Position numbers and translations under genes: made by a program. A model generated the notes under the pieces. That model did no database searches. It worked only from the letters and a program-made list of their open reading frames with translations, and was not told where the DNA came from. This document shows, piece by piece, positions 58,553 to 64,000 of a stretch of 64,000 nt of DNA. Each line of letters opens with the position of its first letter. The first letter of the stretch is position 1. This stretch comes from an uncultured bacterium. Its GTDB lineage: Bacteria; Oederibacteriota; JAAXVQ01; JAUVAV01. The DNA lies in the NCBI GenBank assembly GCA_963710755.1, contig CAVQBK010000001.1, forward strand, positions 32,001 to 96,000. Direction: 5' to 3'.

Positions 58553-59920
58553 TTGAAGCCAACAGTATTAGTTGTCGACGATGATAAGCAGGTCAATGAA
58601 GCCTTAACTCTCATGCTCCAGGATGAGTACAATCCCATCACTGCAACCTCCGGCTTTGAAGCCTTAGAGAAGATCAATAAAAATTCCAATATTGACTTAG
58701 TCCTGCTCGATATTACTATGCCCGAAATGGACGGGCTGGAAGTCCTGAGGAGGATCAAGGAATCCGAACCTTTCCTGGATGTCATCATGGTGACGGCCAC
58801 CAATACTACTGAAGCAGCGGTTAAAACCATTAAATATGGCGCCTACGATTATGTGACCAAGCCTTTTGACAATGCGGAATTAAAAGCCATTATCAACCGG
58901 GCCCTGGAAAAACGAAATCTTTCCAAACTCACAGAAGTCTTGTCTTCTGAAATTGAACGGCTTGTGGAATATGACATTATTGGCAACAGTGACGCTATGC
59001 GGGGCGTTTATTCCATGATTGATAAGGTAGCCGATTCAGACACTACGGTGCTGATTCATGGCGAAAGCGGCACAGGCAAGGAATTGGTGGCCCGCGCGCT
59101 ACATAAAAAAAGTCCCCGTTCTAAAAAACCCTTTGTGGCTGTTAACTGCGCTGCCATCCCGGCGGAACTGGTGGAAAGTGAATTTTTTGGCCATGAACGT
59201 GGGGCTTTTACTTCGGCTGTATCAAGAAAAATCGGAAAATTTGAGTATGCCAATGGCGGGGTTATTTTTCTCGATGATGTAGGCGAGTTGCCTTTGTCCG
59301 TTCAAGCCAAATTACTGCGGGTCCTGCAGGAAAAAGAAATCGTGCGCGTTGGCTCCAATGAATTGATCCCGGTGGATGTGCGGGTGGTCGCTGCCACTAA
59401 TGACAACCTTCAGGAATTGATCAAACAGCGCCGTTTCAGAGAAGACCTGTATTACCGTCTGAAAGTGGTGCCTATTGAATTGCCGCCTTTGCGGGTGAGA
59501 CGGGAAGATATTCCCAACTTAATCGAACACTTTATCCGCAAAAGCTGTGAACGCCATCATAAGTCTTTTAAAAATATCGATCCCGAAGCCCTGCGTTTGT
59601 TGGTCAACTATAATTGGCCCGGCAATGTGCGGGAATTGGAGAACATGGTGGAGATGGTGGTATTGCTCTCCAGTAGCAATTCTATTTCCGCCAGCGATCT
59701 GCCGTCCAATGTGCTTACCAATCAGGCTTTGGCCGATGGCAGTGATCAAAGCGGAGAAAATCTAACTTTGAAAAAGGCGCGCCAACAGTTTGAGCGCCAG
59801 TTTATTTTAAGAGTTTTGGAAAAATTGCATTGGAATCAAACCAAAGCAGCCAAGATAATGGGCATTCATCGCAATACGCTGATTATCAAGATGGAAGAGC
59901 TGGGCATTAAAAAAGATTAA
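58553..59920 (+). CDS. NtrC/AtoC-family response regulator (REC-AAA+-Fis HTH)
   Basis: VVDDD, LLDITMP, GESGTGKE, GAFTSA, FREDLYYRL, WPGNVREL, NQTKAAKIMGIHRNTL. Confidence 0.95.
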   Translation: MKPTVLVVDDDKQVNEALTLMLQDEYNPITATSGFEALEKINKNSNIDLVLLDITMPEMDGLEVLRRIKESEPFLDVIMVTATNTTEAAVKTIKYGAYDYVTKPFDNAELKAIINRALEKRNLSKLTEVLSSEIERLVEYDIIGNSDAMRGVYSMIDKVADSDTTVLIHGESGTGKELVARALHKKSPRSKKPFVAVNCAAIPAELVESEFFGHERGAFTSAVSRKIGKFEYANGGVIFLDDVGELPLSVQAKLLRVLQEKEIVRVGSNELIPVDVRVVAATNDNLQELIKQRRFREDLYYRLKVVPIELPPLRVRREDIPNLIEHFIRKSCERHHKSFKNIDPEALRLLVNYNWPGNVRELENMVEMVVLLSSSNSISASDLPSNVLTNQALADGSDQSGENLTLKKARQQFERQFILRVLEKLHWNQTKAAKIMGIHRNTLIIKMEELGIKKD

Positions 59921-59934
59921 TCTTACAAAAAAGA

Positions 59935-59964
59935 TTGCACCATTTTTTTTAAAAATGGTATACT
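59935..59964 (+). promoter_or_regulatory. Candidate sigma70 promoter (extended -10)
   Basis: TTGCAC-18 nt-TATACT with TGn immediately upstream of -10. Confidence 0.5.
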
Positions 59965-60451
59965 TCAACCAGTCCCATGGTGGAAAGGGGGGGAACTATG
60001 GGAGTCTGCAGTTTTACTCATTTGCTGTTGCATTCCCAAGCCCAATGCAAGTCCTTTTCTGACAGAACCCCAAACTGCCAGCCGTCCAGTTATAGTCAAA
60101 ACAGTCTTACCAGAGATATCGGCCACATTAAGTTGTGTTTTTTGAACAAGTCGACCACAAGATATGCACAAACCCTATACCAACCTCATTTAACCGCTGC
60201 TGCCAACACCATAAAGAAGACCTTTTTAAAAAAATTTACCTTAACACGAAAAAATTTCACCAGTTGGGCGTTGTAAAAAAGGGTGTACTGAGACTGTGAA
60301 AAGAACTTTTTATGGGAGAATGCCATTGCTGCTGTTTTTTGTGCAGGATGTTTCTCAATTATAGGTTCGTCACATTTCAAAAAAACTTTAGGGAGGAGGC
60401 GTTGATTTTGTAAAAAAAAGCAGTTCCATTAAAAGTTAAGAGGAGGGAAAG

Positions 60452-60928
60452 ATGAGAAAGAAAATGTTAATCGTGGATGATAACGAAAATTTGAGGGAAG
60501 CTTTGCAACTGATGTTCGAAGACCATTATGATCTTAAGTTTGCGGCCTCCGGTGAAGAAGCTATTCAATCTTTTGACCAATTCAATCCTGAAGTAGTCCT
60601 GATGGATTTCCAAATGCCCGGTCTTGACGGGGTTCAAACCATGCAAGTGTTAAGAGAGCAATCCGCCCAATCCCAGATGATCATCATGTCTGCCTATAAT
60701 GAAAAAGAACGGGTAAGAAGCGCTTTCCGAAACGGGGCCTTTGATTTCGTGACCAAACCCTTTGACGTAAAAGACCTGAAAACCATGGTGGAAAATGCCG
60801 CTGCCAACGCGGACAAGATCATTAATTTCCAGCCCTCGGCCTATCTGGTGCAAGCCAAAGAAGCAGCCTTTAACCAACGGGAAGTCGACCAAATGGTGGA
60901 ACGTACGCTGCAAGCAGCTTGCTGCTAA
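60452..60928 (+). CDS. Receiver-domain response regulator with short C-terminal tail
   Basis: IVDD, LMDFQMPGLDG, MSAY, FVTKPF; AGGAGG RBS. Confidence 0.92.
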   Translation: MRKKMLIVDDNENLREALQLMFEDHYDLKFAASGEEAIQSFDQFNPEVVLMDFQMPGLDGVQTMQVLREQSAQSQMIIMSAYNEKERVRSAFRNGAFDFVTKPFDVKDLKTMVENAAANADKIINFQPSAYLVQAKEAAFNQREVDQMVERTLQAACC

Positions 60929-60960
60929 AGTTTCATTGATGTCAAAAGGGGGGAGTAGTC

Positions 60961-61875
60961 ATGAATTTAATGGCCGTTAGTCCGGAAAGCAGATCCACAA
61001 ATCAATCACCGGTGTTTGTACCCACAGCACAAGTCAATCCGGCCAATGCGATTTTGAAATTTGAAAAAGCCTCTGAAAAAACAACCCGCTATACCGAAAA
61101 CAGTACTATTTACAGATTAAAAGGCGGGTTTGAGGCCGAGGTTATAAAACAACCTTCACGCAGAATAAAAGACCAACCAATCCTGAACAGGATCTATCAG
61201 GAATTAAGAATCGTGACTTTGCGGGCCTTTAACAAGGATATTTCGGAAGCTGAGACCTATGTGCCCAGATATGTTATGGAAAAAAATGTTTTGGATGTAG
61301 ATTGGTTAATCGTGGTGAGAAAATATAATCAGCCTGTTGCCTTTGGCGCAGGGACTTATGTTACGCCATTTATTTTCTACTTAAATGGTGCCATGGTTCA
61401 TCCTGATTATCAATCAACAGGCGTTGGACTGATTGCCAATAGTTTACTGTGGAAAATCGTGTGCGATGAGGTTAAGGATATGGGCCTGGGTGAAGCGGAT
61501 TTTGTGTGCCGAACTCACAATCGCAATGTGGCCAGTGTAATGTTGCATGTTTTTGAAGAAGGCTATATTTCCACAGAAAAAGAATGTAGTTCCGACCATT
61601 GCCGAATTTTTAACAAAACAGCCAATAAAATTGGTGGTCATTATTGTCCGCAAAGCGGCATTGCTAAAAATGCCTATCCGGAAGGACTGCCGTGTGGGAC
61701 GAAGATCACCAACATGAGAATAAATAACGCGTTTGTTGGTTTGGGAGAAAAAGATGGTTTGTTTGTTGCTGGGAAAATGAAATATCATTATTTGCAAAAC
61801 ATTTTGAAAAAGAATGTTAAGGAAATTCATGAATACCAAGAGTTGAAAGGCCTGGAATACAAATTGTGTGCATGA
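60961..61875 (+). CDS. GNAT-fold acyltransferase-like protein
   Basis: Acyl-CoA-binding motif A pattern AMVHPDYQSTGVG preceded by GNAT-like strands (LIVVR..PVAF..FYLNG). Confidence 0.65.
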   Translation: MNLMAVSPESRSTNQSPVFVPTAQVNPANAILKFEKASEKTTRYTENSTIYRLKGGFEAEVIKQPSRRIKDQPILNRIYQELRIVTLRAFNKDISEAETYVPRYVMEKNVLDVDWLIVVRKYNQPVAFGAGTYVTPFIFYLNGAMVHPDYQSTGVGLIANSLLWKIVCDEVKDMGLGEADFVCRTHNRNVASVMLHVFEEGYISTEKECSSDHCRIFNKTANKIGGHYCPQSGIAKNAYPEGLPCGTKITNMRINNAFVGLGEKDGLFVAGKMKYHYLQNILKKNVKEIHEYQELKGLEYKLCA

Positions 61876-61933
61876 GTTAAGAAACGTTGTTTTTAAAATT
61901 CAAACGTATTAGTTGTGTGGATTGGGGATTGTA

Positions 61934-62641
61934 GTGTTTGACTTAAGAAAAAAAGTCAAGTCATGGTTATGGGGCGTTTATCCGTGGGTATATGATTTAG
62001 CAGTATTGCAAGGGTTGCCTTATTTGGAATTGATTGAAACCGTGGTGATTTCTCTTGAGGAAAGATATCACGATAAAAATAATATGCTGGTTTTGGATGC
62101 ATGTTGCGGGACTGGTAATTTTTCAAAAGCCCTCATTAATAATTTCAAAATCCAATCCTTGGTAGGGATAGACTTTTCCAAGGGCATGATTAAAAAAGCC
62201 AAAAAGAAAATTCCGCTTCTCAAAGCTATTAATGCTCCTTTGCTTGAAGGGTTAAAAAAAATACCGGATAATAATTTTGATATTATTGTTTTGGTGAACG
62301 GCTTCTATCCTCTTGAAGAAAAACATGAGATCCTGCTAAACTTGAAAAGAGTGTTGAAAGTTAATGGTACCTTTATTATGACCGATCCTAAAAAAGGAGC
62401 TAGTTTGTTTTCCTTGATAAAAGAACATTTTTTAAAAGGGAGTTTTGCTCAAAAAATGAAATTACCACTATTTGTTTTTTCAATTCTGATTAGCCTGATT
62501 TTTCAGTTTGGTATAAAATATAATTTCTTAACTAGTGAGGAAACTAAAGGACTTTTAATAAAGACTGGCCTAATGATTGACGAGGAAAAATCAGCATATG
62601 CTGATCAGAATTATTTCTTTGTTTTAAGGAAAGGGAATTGA
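61934..62641 (+). CDS. Class I SAM-dependent methyltransferase
   Basis: VLDACCGTGN, GIDFSKGMI, FDIIV, RVLKVNG; start uncertain (61913 or GTG 61934). Confidence 0.9.
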   Translation: MFDLRKKVKSWLWGVYPWVYDLAVLQGLPYLELIETVVISLEERYHDKNNMLVLDACCGTGNFSKALINNFKIQSLVGIDFSKGMIKKAKKKIPLLKAINAPLLEGLKKIPDNNFDIIVLVNGFYPLEEKHEILLNLKRVLKVNGTFIMTDPKKGASLFSLIKEHFLKGSFAQKMKLPLFVFSILISLIFQFGIKYNFLTSEETKGLLIKTGLMIDEEKSAYADQNYFFVLRKGN

Positions 62642-62642
62642 G

Positions 62643-64000
62643 TTGCTCCATGAACACATTCTGATAATTGCTATTATTGATTTTGCTCTCGGGCTTTATA
62701 TTTTATTTAAGAATCCCAAAAAGCAACCTAATGTGGCCTTTGCACTCCTCTCTTTAAACTTCACCCTGTGGCTGGTCGGATTATTTTTATTGATGAATTC
62801 ACATGAATATAAAAATGTTTTGGTTTGGGGGCGCCTTACTTTTACTGGTGGGATGTTAGCGCCCGCGGCTTTGCTCCATTTTATTAAGTCTTTTCCTGAT
62901 AAAAAAATAAACTTCAAAAAGATTTGGCTTCTATATTCTCCTGGTTTGATATCCCTAGTACTATCTATTACACCTCTTGTAATTAAAGATGTGAAAATAC
63001 ATAGCTGGGGCCTGGAGCCTGTTCCGGGAATAGGCTATGCTTTTGTAATTGTTTATTTTATATCGTATATTATTTTGTCCATAATATCTATTCTTAAAGA
63101 ATTTTTAAAATCGAAAAATGTAAAAAAAATGCATTGGTTATATATTTTGTTCGGATTTCCTATTCCTGTGGCACATGTTTTAACCACGAATATCATTCTG
63201 CCATTGCTGGGATTTAAAAATGTCTATGTTTTTGGTCCTTGGGCAACTATCGAAATGTGTTTGCTGTTCAGCTATGCGATACTTAAATATCGATTGTTAG
63301 AAGTCGAAATAATATTTAAAAGAACGTCGATTTATCTGATGCTAGCTGCTTTTATTTCGTGTGTATATATTTTCTTTTTAATACTGCCTTTGGAAATATT
63401 TAAAAGTATTGGTCGAAATGGATCGTTGGCTGTTATGTTCATATCGGCAATAATTATTGCTTTGACAATTCAGCCTCTTCGCGAATGGCTTGATCGGGTG
63501 ACGGATCGTTTTTTCTTTCAAAAGAAATATGACTACACTAAAATATTGGAAAAAGTTTCAAAGCAATTAAATACAGTCATGCACAACCGGGATGCTTATG
63601 ATGCCGTTATGGATCCCATGCTCAATGAGATGCATTTGAAGGGCGCGGCCATTTATCTCCATGCTAAACCGGGGGATGAGTATTTTGAATGCCAGAAAAA
63701 AGATGGGAACTTGGGCCTCTGTTTTGCCCGAAAAAATCCAGGATAGTAGTATGTTGCTGGAGTATTTAAGTCAGCAAGCCAAATATCTTGATCCTGGTGA
63801 ATTTCGTTACGAATATGGCCATCTCTATGCGGATGGTGAGATCAAGGATCCCCGCAAGGCAGCCATTCAAAATGAAATGGACCAAGTATTCCATGGGGCG
63901 TTACTCATTCCCTTAATGCTCAAAACCAATATGATCGGTTTTATGACACTTGGGAGAAAAGCGGTCCGGAGATCAATTCAGCCATCGTGATTTATCCTTG
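62643..64000 (+). CDS. 7TM (HisKA_7TM-like)-GAF sensor, probably a histidine kinase; two +1 frameshifts, runs off the window end
   Basis: N-terminus parallels 1832..3988 (KNP..N..F, YAILKYRL, DRFFF); continues in +1 frame (VLPEKIQD..LLIPL..IGFMTL) and again (GEKRSGDQFSHRDL); kinase core not in window. Confidence 0.8.

Noticed and set aside
60310-60332. Sigma54 promoter TGGGAGAATGCCATTGCT upstream of the receiver gene
   Set aside because: GG-to-GC spacing is 11-12 nt rather than the required 10

Overview
Gene-dense window from a diderm (outer-membrane) bacterium, mostly + strand; taxonomy cannot be determined from the sequence alone. The core part has five tRNAs, tig-clpP-clpX-lon-engB, a class-V aminotransferase with serA and purA, an Rsb-type partner-switching plus GGDEF cluster, lnt, a PfkB kinase, an alaC-like aminotransferase, greA, lptF/lptG, a GT39/ArnT-like transferase and comF. 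Three accessory blocks stand out. (1) A 2138-aa outer-membrane protein with N-terminal FN3-like repeats and a SprA/Sov (T9SS translocon)-like body. (2) Directly after it, a 13.5-kb head-to-tail array of six closely related TonB-dependent receptors whose segments look shuffled between copies. (3) At both ends of the window, small-molecule enzyme gene(s) sit immediately before a 7TM-GAF histidine kinase: a radical SAM enzyme on the left, and a GNAT-like enzyme plus SAM methyltransferase on the right, behind an atypical NtrC-like regulator. These look like uncharacterised signal-synthase/receptor cassettes. Several REP/MITE-like repeats are present, as are three +1 frameshifts in short homopolymers that are probably assembly errors. 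No CRISPR array, rRNA, integrase or transposase was seen. All product calls come from motif recognition by eye; no searches were run.
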